From Candidatus Omnitrophota bacterium (GTDB taxonomy: Bacteria > Omnitrophota > Gorgyraeia > Gygaellales > Profunditerraquicolaceae), in the NCBI GenBank assembly GCA_028712255.1, contig JAQTQJ010000001.1:140366-204365 (forward strand): a stretch of DNA of 64,000 nt, written 5' to 3'. The position numbers were made by a program, and so were the translations under genes. Under the pieces are notes generated by a model. That model had not been told where the DNA came from, did not search any database, and saw only the letters and a program-made list of their open reading frames with translations. Positions 18,982 through 29,888 of the stretch are shown in pieces (position 1 is the stretch's first letter; each line of letters opens with the position of its first letter).

Positions 18982-19846
18982 ATCCCCACACCAATTGAAA
19001 GATAATTTGAGTTTTTCACCAATTGGTGTGAGGGTAAAATACGCTGATTTACATGTGCATAGTTTGGCCAGCGACGGCACATACAGCCCCGCCAAATTGG
19101 TAAAGGCCAGTATCTCTGCTAAGCTTTCTGCAATTGCTATAACTGACCATGATACATTAGAAGCAATACCTGAGCTTTTGGCAGAGGCAAAGGGCACTGA
19201 TTTGGAAATAATTCCCGGGATCGAATTGACTGCTCAATATGAAGGGCGGGAGGTACATATGCTCGGGTATTTTCTAGATTACCAAAATACTGCCCTGCTT
19301 GAAAAATTAAAATTAATTCAAAAAAACCGGATCCAAAGGGTTCATAAAATTATAAAAAATTTAGGCGAATTAGGAGTTAAGCTTGATGCTGAAGTTGTTT
19401 TTGATATTTCTGGGAAAGCTACAGTAGGCAGGATGCATATTGCTAGAGCTCTTCTTAAGGAAGGTAGAGTAACTTCGATTCCGGAGGCTTTTCGTAAATA
19501 TATCGGTGATAAATCGCCAGCTTATGTTTTAGGATTTGATCTTGGGGTGGCTGATGCAATAAAAATGATAAAAAATGCATCTGGTGTTTCTGTTTTAGCA
19601 CACCCTTATTTATTGCGCAATGACGACTTAATTACTGAATTTATAAGCTATGGATTAGATGGTATAGAGGTTTATTATCCCGAACATTCACAGTCTATGA
19701 TTAATTTTTATCTGGATCTGGCTAAAAAACTTAATCTTTTAGTTACCGGTGGTAGTGATTTTCATGGTAGCGCCAAACCCGATATAAAATTAGGAATGAT
19801 TAAAATACCGTTTGAGCTGGTAGAAAAACTTCGCCATAAGAAATGA
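18965..19846 (+). CDS. PHP-domain phosphoesterase (TrpH/YciV-like)
   Basis: PHP motifs ([19 protein letters not shown]…). The start is uncertain: the ORF track gives 18965, overlapping nusB, and an in-frame GTG at 19027 follows a hairpin. Its stop overlaps the ribD start by 4 nt (ATGA). Confidence 0.78.
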   Translation: MKKKNKSPHQLKDNLSFSPIGVRVKYADLHVHSLASDGTYSPAKLVKASISAKLSAIAITDHDTLEAIPELLAEAKGTDLEIIPGIELTAQYEGREVHMLGYFLDYQNTALLEKLKLIQKNRIQRVHKIIKNLGELGVKLDAEVVFDISGKATVGRMHIARALLKEGRVTSIPEAFRKYIGDKSPAYVLGFDLGVADAIKMIKNASGVSVLAHPYLLRNDDLITEFISYGLDGIEVYYPEHSQSMINFYLDLAKKLNLLVTGGSDFHGSAKPDIKLGMIKIPFELVEKLRHKK

Positions 19847-20940
19847 TTAAAAAAACAGATGAATATTATATGGGGCTAGCGTTAAGGCTGGCGCTTAAGG
19901 CCAAAGGAAAGACTTCTCCAAATCCGCTGGTAGGCGCATTGGTGGTAAAAGCTGGCAAGATTATTGGCCGCGGTTTTCATGTTAAAGCCGGGCTTGCGCA
20001 TGCGGAGACTATTGCTTTAGATGAAGCAGGAAGTAGGGCAAGGGGAGCAACTTTGTATGTTACGCTTGAGCCATGTACACATACTGGCCGTATTCCACCT
20101 TGTGTTGATCGCATAATTGGAAGCGGTATAGAAAAAGTAGTTGTTGGTATGATTGATCCTAATCCATTAAATAATGGCAGAGGCATCTCATTGCTTAAAC
20201 AGAATAATATTAAAGTAAATGCAGGCCTGCTAGAGGATCAGTTGAAAAAGATAAATGAGAGTTTTATAAAATATATTACCAGGCGCCTTCCTTTTATTAC
20301 AGTAAAAGTCGGACAATCTTTGGATGGGCGTATTGCAACGCGTACCGGTGATTCCAAATGGATTACTTCTGATAAATCGCGCAGTTTTGCGCATAAATTA
20401 CGCGAAGATTATGATGCAATTATGGTGGGGGTAAATACCGTTTTACGGGATAATCCGCGCCTCAATACCTGGTTTTCCCAAAAAAAGTTAATTAAAGTAA
20501 TTGTTGATAGCAATTTGAGCACTCCGGAAAATTCGAATATTTTTTCAGGGGATTCCCAGGTAATTATCATTACTTTGGCAAGCCGTCCGGGGCAGGAGAC
20601 GGAGAACCGTAAAAATTTAGCGGCAAAAGCTAAAATTCTTGAAGTTAAGGAAAGATCCGGACAGATTAATTTACGTGACGCCCTTAAAAAACTGGCCCAA
20701 TTGCAGATAAGTAATATTATTGTTGAAGGAGGAGGGACTTTGATCGGTTCGCTTTTTGATGAAAGGCTTGTGGATAAAGTTCTATTTTTTATCAGCCCTA
20801 AGATTATCGGTGGTAAGGATGCTGTTTCTTCGGTAATGGGCACCGGAGTCAAGCGTATAGGCCAGGCAATAAAATTACATGAAATAAAGATCAGGCGATT
20901 TGATGAAGAGTTTTTAATTGAGGCGAGGGTTACTCCATAA
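19843..20940 (+). CDS. ribD: Bifunctional diaminohydroxyphosphoribosylaminopyrimidine deaminase / 5-amino-6-(5-phosphoribosylamino)uracil reductase
   Basis: CMP/dCMP deaminase zinc motif (HAE…PCTHTGRIPPC) plus a C-terminal RibD reductase domain. Confidence 0.95.
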   Translation: MIKKTDEYYMGLALRLALKAKGKTSPNPLVGALVVKAGKIIGRGFHVKAGLAHAETIALDEAGSRARGATLYVTLEPCTHTGRIPPCVDRIIGSGIEKVVVGMIDPNPLNNGRGISLLKQNNIKVNAGLLEDQLKKINESFIKYITRRLPFITVKVGQSLDGRIATRTGDSKWITSDKSRSFAHKLREDYDAIMVGVNTVLRDNPRLNTWFSQKKLIKVIVDSNLSTPENSNIFSGDSQVIIITLASRPGQETENRKNLAAKAKILEVKERSGQINLRDALKKLAQLQISNIIVEGGGTLIGSLFDERLVDKVLFFISPKIIGGKDAVSSVMGTGVKRIGQAIKLHEIKIRRFDEEFLIEARVTP

Positions 20941-21515
20941 TGTTTACCGGTATTGTTGAAGAATTGGGACGGATAAGGAAAATATCGCGCAAGGCAGGGG
21001 TAGCTCTTTTGGAAATTAATGCCAAAGAGACACTGATTGATACTAAGATTGGCGACAGCATCGCAGTGAATGGCGTATGTTTAACGGTTATTTCTATAGG
21101 AAATAATTTTTTTACCTTCGAAGTTATTGATAATACGATTAAAAGTACTAACCTGGGATTACTAAGAGTAGGCCAGGAAGTTAATCTCGAGCGTAGCCTT
21201 AAAATAGGGGATAGGATTTCTGGGCATTTTGTTAGTGGACATATTGATTGTTTGGGGTTAGTGCGCAAGAAAGGTTTGCGTAGTGGTAGCTTTGAATTTG
21301 AAATTTCTATTCCAACTGCTTTTATGCGCTATTGCCTGCCAAAAGGGTCAATATCCCTGGATGGGGTTAGTTTGACCTTAGCTAATATTGGTTCCAGTAC
21401 TATTAAAGTTTGCATTATTCCCCATACCCTTAAAAATACAACTCTAAGTTTTAAAGGCTTTGCGGATAAATTGAACGTGGAGTTCGATATCCTCGCTAAA
21501 ACTAGGTTAAACTAG
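20940..21515 (+). CDS. ribE: Riboflavin synthase alpha subunit
   Basis: MFTGIVEELG N-terminus and two lumazine-binding repeats. Its start overlaps the ribD stop (TAATG). Confidence 0.9.
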   Translation: MFTGIVEELGRIRKISRKAGVALLEINAKETLIDTKIGDSIAVNGVCLTVISIGNNFFTFEVIDNTIKSTNLGLLRVGQEVNLERSLKIGDRISGHFVSGHIDCLGLVRKKGLRSGSFEFEISIPTAFMRYCLPKGSISLDGVSLTLANIGSSTIKVCIIPHTLKNTTLSFKGFADKLNVEFDILAKTRLN

Positions 21516-21569
21516 GGGACGGTTCTATTTTTGTTTGCTTTTAAAAGAAAAAATAGAACCGTCCCCTAG
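21512..21569 (+). terminator. Perfect 21-bp-stem hairpin (conserved palindrome family member B) terminating the rib operon
   Basis: CTAGGGGACGGTTCTATTTTT-(16 nt)-AAAAATAGAACCGTCCCCTAG followed by TTTTCC. Confidence 0.7.
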
Positions 21570-21593
21570 TTTTCCTCGCGTAGACTTCTATTA

Positions 21594-21622
21594 TTGCGTA
21601 TACCCTAAATTTCTGATATACT
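21594..21622 (+). promoter_or_regulatory. Candidate sigma70 promoter for the tRNA locus (TTGCGT-17-TATACT)
   Basis: -35 and -10 hexamers with 17-nt spacing, about 90 nt upstream of the tRNA-like element. Confidence 0.35.
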
Positions 21623-21710
21623 TGTTTGTCTAAAGATAGTTAAAATTTTGTGAGAGTGTGATGGGGGCGTGCCCCGTTACATCTCCACAATTAAATATCC
21701 TGGGATGTAA

Positions 21711-21800
21711 CGGGGCGTGGCTCAGTTTGGTAGAGCGTCCGCCATTAGAACGTTGGCGGACGAGCGCCAAAGATTCAGTGGCGCTCGCTTGCTTCAGAAT
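21711..21800 (+). ncRNA. tRNA-like element or tRNA pseudogene, with intact 5' acceptor and D-arm half and an aberrant 3' part
   Basis: CGGGGCGTGGCTCAGTTTGGTAGAGCG is identical at 25 of 26 nt to the 5' half of the downstream tRNA-Pro. It is followed by two 7-bp hairpins with 11-nt loops (GTCCGCC-ATTAGAACGTT-GGCGGAC and GAGCGCC-AAAGATTCAGT-GGCGCTC). There is no T-arm and no matching 3' acceptor strand. Confidence 0.4.
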
Positions 21801-21834
21801 AAATTTTGGGAAATTTATGTTTTTATAAGTATAA

Positions 21835-21911
21835 CGGGGAGTGGCTCAGTTTGGTAGAGCGTTCGGTTCGGGACCGAAAGGTCAGCAGTTCAAGTCTGCT
21901 CTCCCCGACCA
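21835..21911 (+). tRNA. tRNA-Pro (anticodon CGG)
   Basis: 77-nt cloverleaf folded by hand. Acceptor CGGGGAG/CTCCCCG, D-arm GCTC-AGTTTGGTA-GAGC, anticodon arm TTCGG-TTCGGGA-CCGAA, T-arm AGCAG-TTCAAGT-CTGCT, discriminator A, encoded CCA. Confidence 0.9.
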
Positions 21912-21930
21912 GTTTTAACGATTTAATTTT

Positions 21931-22203
21931 ATGAAAAAACGGCTGCACCTTTTTTATTCAGGCAGGGTTCAGGGGGTGGGATTTCGTTATACCGTTCAGG
22001 ATATAGCAGAGCAGCAAAAGGTGAGCGGATGGGTAAGAAATTTAGATGACAGCAGGGTAGAGGTTATTGTTGAAGCTGAGGAAGGCGTGCTCAACAATTT
22101 TCTACAACAAATAAGCCAGCATTTTTCTCGTTATATCCAAGACGTTTCTATGGAATGGCAGCCGGCAAGCGGCGAATTCCGCGATTTTAAAATTGTATTC
22201 TAG
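21931..22203 (+). CDS. acyP: Acylphosphatase
   Basis: 90 aa with the acylphosphatase signature GRVQGVGFR and the motif SGWVRN. Confidence 0.85.
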   Translation: MKKRLHLFYSGRVQGVGFRYTVQDIAEQQKVSGWVRNLDDSRVEVIVEAEEGVLNNFLQQISQHFSRYIQDVSMEWQPASGEFRDFKIVF

Positions 22204-24703
<2,500 letters not shown>

Positions 24704-24707
<4 letters not shown>

Positions 24708-25324
24708 TTCTTGAAACCATCAATGTTGGCCCATTGGAAGTTAATTGTTATGTGCTGGCATGCCAGCAGGGGAAGGGGGCGATTATTATTGATCCCGGTG
24801 ACCAGCTATCTAAGATAAATATGGTTTTAAAGAAACATAAATTAAAACCTATGGTGGTAATTAATACGCATGGCCATTATGACCATATTGGTTGCGATGA
24901 TGAATTTGGGGCAGTTGTCTATGTGCATAAATTGGATCTACCGATGCTCCAGGATGCGAGTAAAAATCTATCCGCCAGTTATTCATCGGCTTATAGAGTT
25001 AAATCCGAGATTAAGACTTTGGAAGATAAAGAAATCATTAAATTAGATTGTTTGGAATTGGAAGTTATACATTTACCCGGGCATACACGGGGAGGTATTG
25101 GCCTGTTGATGAAAAAACCGCGTACTGATATTATATTTACCGGTGATACATTATTTAACCGCGGTATAGGCCGTTATGATCTAGAGGGGGGAAGCCGTAG
25201 CCAATTAGAGAAGGCAATAAAAGAAAGATTATTTGTTTTACCTTCTAAAACTTTAGTTTATCCTGGTCACGGCCCATCAACTACGATAGGCAAGGAAAAG
25301 GATGATAATTCATTCAGGGATTAA
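24704..25324 (+). CDS. MBL-fold metallo-hydrolase (glyoxalase II-like)
   Basis: HxHxDH motif (THGHYDHIG) and downstream His/Asp metal ligands (HLPGHTRGG, GDTLF). Confidence 0.85.
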
Positions 25325-26212
25325 ATGAAAGAGCTCATTGATTCATTTTTAGGTTATCTTTCGGTTGAGCGGGCCCTGGCCAAGAACACCATTATTGCTT
25401 ATCGGCAGGATTTAAATATCTATCTGGATTTTATTATTAAACGTAAGATAGAGGCACTTTCTAAGGTGGCAAAAAATGATATTGTTGAATTTATGCTTTC
25501 TCAAAAAGATGGCGGAGTATCGCCTACTAGTATATCCCGTAGACTTGCAGCAATACGGATGTTCCACCGTTTCTTAAGCCGAGAGAGAGTTTTAAAGAGC
25601 GATCCGACTACTTTAATCGACTCTCCGAAATTATGGAAAAGGGTTCCGGATACCCTTTCTTTGAATGAGGTGGAAGCATTAATCAGTCAGCCTAATGTGC
25701 GCGACCATCAGGGGGTAAGGGACAAGGCAATTTTAGAGACCCTTTATGCTACAGGAATGCGAGTCTCCGAATCCTGCGACCTTAAAACTAACAATGTAAA
25801 TTTAGATATTGGTTTTTTACGCTGTATTGGAAAAGGCAATAAGGAACGGATTATTCCGCTGGGTAAGAAGGCTATTCATAGCATTAACAGATACTTAGAG
25901 TTTAGCCGGCCGTATTTTTTAAAACAGAAAACTTCAGATTACTTATTTATCAGTCGTTCTGGGAGTAAATTATCCCGGCAGTCTATTTGGAAACTGATTA
26001 AGCGGTATTCTAAAGAGGCCAAAATTAAAAAAGTGATAAAGGTGCATACATTAAGGCATTCCTTTGCTACGCATCTGTTAGAAAGAGGAGCGGATTTACG
26101 TTCGGTGCAGGAAATGCTGGGGCATTCAAATATTTCTACAACACAAATTTACACCCATATTGATAAAGAGCGGCTGAAATCCATTCACAAGATGTTTCAT
26201 CCGCGCCCATAA
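25325..26212 (+). CDS. xerD: Tyrosine recombinase XerD
   Basis: R…K…HxxR…Y catalytic residues (RVSE, TLRHSFATHLL, GHSNISTTQIYTH) and a C-terminus (MFHPRP) that resembles E. coli XerD. Confidence 0.85.
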   Translation: MKELIDSFLGYLSVERALAKNTIIAYRQDLNIYLDFIIKRKIEALSKVAKNDIVEFMLSQKDGGVSPTSISRRLAAIRMFHRFLSRERVLKSDPTTLIDSPKLWKRVPDTLSLNEVEALISQPNVRDHQGVRDKAILETLYATGMRVSESCDLKTNNVNLDIGFLRCIGKGNKERIIPLGKKAIHSINRYLEFSRPYFLKQKTSDYLFISRSGSKLSRQSIWKLIKRYSKEAKIKKVIKVHTLRHSFATHLLERGADLRSVQEMLGHSNISTTQIYTHIDKERLKSIHKMFHPRP

Positions 26213-26215
26213 AAG

Positions 26216-27487
26216 ATGAAAAGATACCTTGAAAAATTACCTGCAGAATTAAAAGAAATTATTAACCTGGCTACTCAGGTTTCCAAAGAGACCAATATGC
26301 CGGCTTATTTAGTGGGTGGGTTTTTACGGGATTTAATTTTGGGAGTCCCTAATTTTGATATAGATATTACCGTTGAAGGCAGCGGAATTGTTTTTGCCCG
26401 GAAGCTGGCTAAGAAATTAAAATCGGATTTAAAAATTCATGAACGTTTTGGGACTGCTACTCTAACATTGTGTAATTGCCTAAAGGTGGATATTGCTACT
26501 ACCCGCCTTGAAAAATATCCGACTTCTGCTTGTCTTCCGGTGGTAAGCCCGGGATCTGTGGAAGAAGATCTCATGCGCAGAGATTTTACTATTAACGCTA
26601 TGGCTGTTAGCCTGGTTGGAGCAGATCAGCAGAAACTAATTGATCCTTTTGGCGGTAAAGATGATCTGGTAGCCGGCAAAATTCGTATTTTGCATGATTT
26701 AAGTTTTAAAGATGATCCTACGCGCATATTAAGAGCCATACGCTTCCAGCAGCGATTTGATTTTATAATTGAACCTAAAACCCTTGCTTTATTAAAGGAT
26801 GCCATTGCCCGCGGTTTATTGAATAAAGTCCATGCGCATAGAATGCGCGATGAGTTGGTATTAATGCTTAAGGAAAAAGATCCTTCTGGGCAGATGAAGA
26901 GATTGAGCGATTTAGGCGGGCTATCTTTTTTAAGTGATAAATTAAAATTTATTAAATCAACCCATGATTTATTTAAATCGTTGGATAAAGTAATTTTCTG
27001 GTTTAATAAAAATTTTTCCTCCCGTAGGAAACTTGATACCTGGTTGATTTATTTTGCAGCGTTTTTGAAACCGCTTGGCTTAGCCCGGATCAAGATGGTT
27101 GTATCAAGGTTAGGGTTACGTAAAGGCGAAGAGAAGCGCCTCATTAATTATTACCAACAAAGCCGCAAGATTATACTTTCTTTAAGTAAAAGAGGGATCC
27201 GGCCTTCCCATATTTTCTCTTTGCTTGAACCACTAAGTTATGAAGAAATCATTTTACTGAGGAGTAGTTCACAAAACCGGTATCTTAGGAAATATATCAA
27301 GGATTTTCTTAAGATTTACAATGGAATGCACCCCTTTGTTTCAGGCCATGATTTGTATGGTTTGGGTATTTTACCCGGGCCAAAATACCAAAAGATATTT
27401 GCGCAAGTTTTAACGGCTAAGCTCGACGGAGAAGTTAAGAGCCGCCATCAGGAATTAACCTTAATTAAAAATTTAGTGAAGCATTAA
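26216..27487 (+). CDS. tRNA nucleotidyltransferase (CCA-adding) / poly(A) polymerase family protein
   Basis: Pol-beta-like head domain motifs GGFLRDLIL and DIDI, with RRDFTINAMA. Confidence 0.7.
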   Translation: MKRYLEKLPAELKEIINLATQVSKETNMPAYLVGGFLRDLILGVPNFDIDITVEGSGIVFARKLAKKLKSDLKIHERFGTATLTLCNCLKVDIATTRLEKYPTSACLPVVSPGSVEEDLMRRDFTINAMAVSLVGADQQKLIDPFGGKDDLVAGKIRILHDLSFKDDPTRILRAIRFQQRFDFIIEPKTLALLKDAIARGLLNKVHAHRMRDELVLMLKEKDPSGQMKRLSDLGGLSFLSDKLKFIKSTHDLFKSLDKVIFWFNKNFSSRRKLDTWLIYFAAFLKPLGLARIKMVVSRLGLRKGEEKRLINYYQQSRKIILSLSKRGIRPSHIFSLLEPLSYEEIILLRSSSQNRYLRKYIKDFLKIYNGMHPFVSGHDLYGLGILPGPKYQKIFAQVLTAKLDGEVKSRHQELTLIKNLVKH

Positions 27488-27510
27488 TAAAAAGAAACGG
27501 AGTAAAGGAT

Positions 27511-27861
27511 ATGGCTAGGCGTGAAAGAGTTGAGGAAGCGATCAAAAAAGAGGTGAGCACTATTATTCATGATGAACTTAAAGATCCCAGGGTCGGTTTT
27601 GTCACGATAACCCGTGTGGAGTTATCTAAGGATTTAAGAAATGCCAAGATTTTTTATAGCGTTTTAGGCAAAGAAGATTCTCGTAAAAAGACAAAAATTG
27701 CCTTGGATTCGGCTTTAGGTTATATCCGGAGTTTAGTCGCCCAGAGGATAAATATGCGTTTTGCTTGCGAACTTATGTTTAAGGAGGATCATTCAACCGA
27801 ATATAGCGTGCACATTGAAGAGATATTAAATGAAATAAAGGAGATAGATGAGCCAAAATAA
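27511..27861 (+). CDS. rbfA: Ribosome-binding factor A
   Basis: 116 aa of the RbfA family (RVEEAIKKEVSTIIHDELKDPRVGFVTITRVELSKDLRNAKIFYSV). Confidence 0.9.
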   Translation: MARRERVEEAIKKEVSTIIHDELKDPRVGFVTITRVELSKDLRNAKIFYSVLGKEDSRKKTKIALDSALGYIRSLVAQRINMRFACELMFKEDHSTEYSVHIEEILNEIKEIDEPK

Positions 27862-28828
27862 GATTTGCGAATGTTTAAAAAAATATAATAATTTTCTGAT
27901 TACTGTGCACACCAGTCCTGAAGGTGATGCTTTGGGTTCTGAACTTGGATTCTATTATCTTATAAAGAAGATGGGCAAGAAGGGGGTAATCATAAATGAG
28001 GATAAGTTGCCGTACGGTTATGATTTTTTACCGGGCAATAAATTTATCCGCCTATTAAATAAAAGCTCTAAAAATACCGAGTTTGATTGTCTGGTGGTTT
28101 TAGATTGTGCGGACTTAAAACGTACCGGAGATGTCTATAGGCTTAATAAGGATAAGAAACCGGTATTGAATATTGACCATCATATCAGTAACCGTAATTT
28201 TGGCGATATTAATTGGGTTGATCCAAATGCCTCTTCCTGCTCTGAGATGATTTATAAGCTTTTTAAAACATTACGCCAGCCAATCGATTATGATGCTGCC
28301 CTGGTTTTGTATACAGGGATAATGACTGATACAGGGTCATTTCATTATTCCAATACTTCCAGTTTTACTTTTAAGGCTGCTTCTGAGCTTTTGAAAATTG
28401 GAATCAATCCTGCCTGGGTCTATCGTAATGCATATGAGAATATGCCAATTTCGGATATGAAATTATTAGTTAAGCTTTTACCGAGTATAAAATTTTATTG
28501 CCAAGGCAAGGTTGCAAGTTTTCGTATTAGCATGGAATTAATGAAGAATAAGAAGCCAGTAATTGATTTGGCGGATCAGCTTTTGAGTTTTGGCCGCGCA
28601 ATTAAAGGGGTAGAGGTGGTAGCGTTATTTAAAGAAAACTCAAGCGATAAATTTGAGGTACGTGTTAATCTAAGAAGCCAGGGTAAGGTTGATGTGAACA
28701 AGATCGCCTCTTTTTTTGGAGGAGGGGGGCATAAGAGTGCCGCCGGTTGCACAGTCAATGGAAAAATTCAAGGAATAGAGAAAAAAGTTATCGCAAAGAT
28801 CAAGGAATCATTAATTGATTATAAATGA
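27848..28828 (+). CDS. nrnA: DHH/DHHA1 phosphoesterase NrnA (oligoribonuclease / pAp phosphatase)
   Basis: DHH motif (NIDHHISN) and a DHHA1 GGGH motif (FGGGGHKSAAG). Confidence 0.8.
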   Translation: MSQNKICECLKKYNNFLITVHTSPEGDALGSELGFYYLIKKMGKKGVIINEDKLPYGYDFLPGNKFIRLLNKSSKNTEFDCLVVLDCADLKRTGDVYRLNKDKKPVLNIDHHISNRNFGDINWVDPNASSCSEMIYKLFKTLRQPIDYDAALVLYTGIMTDTGSFHYSNTSSFTFKAASELLKIGINPAWVYRNAYENMPISDMKLLVKLLPSIKFYCQGKVASFRISMELMKNKKPVIDLADQLLSFGRAIKGVEVVALFKENSSDKFEVRVNLRSQGKVDVNKIASFFGGGGHKSAAGCTVNGKIQGIEKKVIAKIKESLIDYK

Positions 28829-29748
28829 TTATAATCCGCGGAATAGACAGGATCAAAAAATACAAAAACGCTGTGGTTGCTCTCGGAGTTTTTGATGGCG
28901 TTCATCATGGGCACCGTAATATTTTACAGGGAATTGTTAAAATAGCACACAGGGTCAAAGGCAAAAGCATAGCCATAACCTTTTTTCCTCATCCGCAAGA
29001 TAAAGAGAGCCTCTATTCTTTAGAGCATCGTTTGAGGTTGATTGAAGAATTAGGTGTTGATGTATGTATAGTAGTCAATTTTACGCGCAGTTTTGCTAAT
29101 ATCGAGGCAGACGATTTTATAGTTAAAATCCTGATTAAAAAAATAGGAGCAAGTTTTATTTGTGTAGGTAAAAACTTTCGTTTTGGCAGAGAAGCTATCG
29201 GTAATTATAGGCTGCTTAAGGAATACTCAAGAAAATATAATTTTAAACTTAAGCTTTTTAATGTTGTTAAATCAAAAGGCCTGCCTATCAGCAGTACAGT
29301 TATAAGGAAATTGATCAAGAGTTCAAAGATCAAAAAAGCTCAAGAGTTACTTGGCCGCAGGGTAAGTATTTTAGGGACAGTTATTAAAGGCACAAGGCTG
29401 GGCAGGTTATTGGGTTTTCCGACGGCTAACATTAATCCGTATCATGAGGTTATTCCCGCTACAGGTATCTATGTTGTGCAAATTATATTCCTTGCTAAAG
29501 CCTATGATGGTATTTGTTATATTGGCACCAGGCCCACAATTTCTGCTAAAAGTAAATCCATTCATGTAGAAGTACATATCTTTAATTTTCATAGGAATAT
29601 TTATGGCTCTACCCTGGAAATCCAATTTATAAAAATGATCCGAGGTGATCAAAAATTTGATTCAATACGAAATTTAACTCTTCAGATTCAAAAAGACATA
29701 ATTGCCTGCCGTAAGATTCTGCGTCATTCTTTTAAAACACCACAATAA
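28825..29748 (+). CDS. ribF: Bifunctional riboflavin kinase / FMN adenylyltransferase
   Basis: FAD synthetase N-terminus (VALGVFDGVHHGHRNIL) plus a C-terminal riboflavin kinase domain. Confidence 0.9.
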   Translation: MIIIRGIDRIKKYKNAVVALGVFDGVHHGHRNILQGIVKIAHRVKGKSIAITFFPHPQDKESLYSLEHRLRLIEELGVDVCIVVNFTRSFANIEADDFIVKILIKKIGASFICVGKNFRFGREAIGNYRLLKEYSRKYNFKLKLFNVVKSKGLPISSTVIRKLIKSSKIKKAQELLGRRVSILGTVIKGTRLGRLLGFPTANINPYHEVIPATGIYVVQIIFLAKAYDGICYIGTRPTISAKSKSIHVEVHIFNFHRNIYGSTLEIQFIKMIRGDQKFDSIRNLTLQIQKDIIACRKILRHSFKTPQ

Positions 29749-29816
29749 CTAGTTGATCGTAATTTATTAGTATACAATTTATTGTATTTACTAAGTTTAG
29801 GTAAATTTTTCCTTGA

Positions 29817-29845
29817 CAAAAAGGAAGATTTTGTCTATACTTTGG
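29817..29845 (+). promoter_or_regulatory. Strong sigma70 promoter of the dcw cluster (TTGACA-17-TATACT)
   Basis: Near-consensus hexamers about 45 nt upstream of mraZ. This matches the known Pmra position in other bacteria. Confidence 0.55.
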
Positions 29846-29888
29846 CTATAAGTGGATAGAAGTGGAGTAAAGTGGAAGGAAGCAAATA

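Noticed and set aside
21711-21800. Calling a second intact tRNA upstream of tRNA-Pro
   Set aside because: Only the acceptor 5' strand and D-arm are tRNA-like. No anticodon arm with a 7-nt loop, T-arm or complementary 3' acceptor strand can be drawn. It is reported as a tRNA-like element or pseudogene instead.
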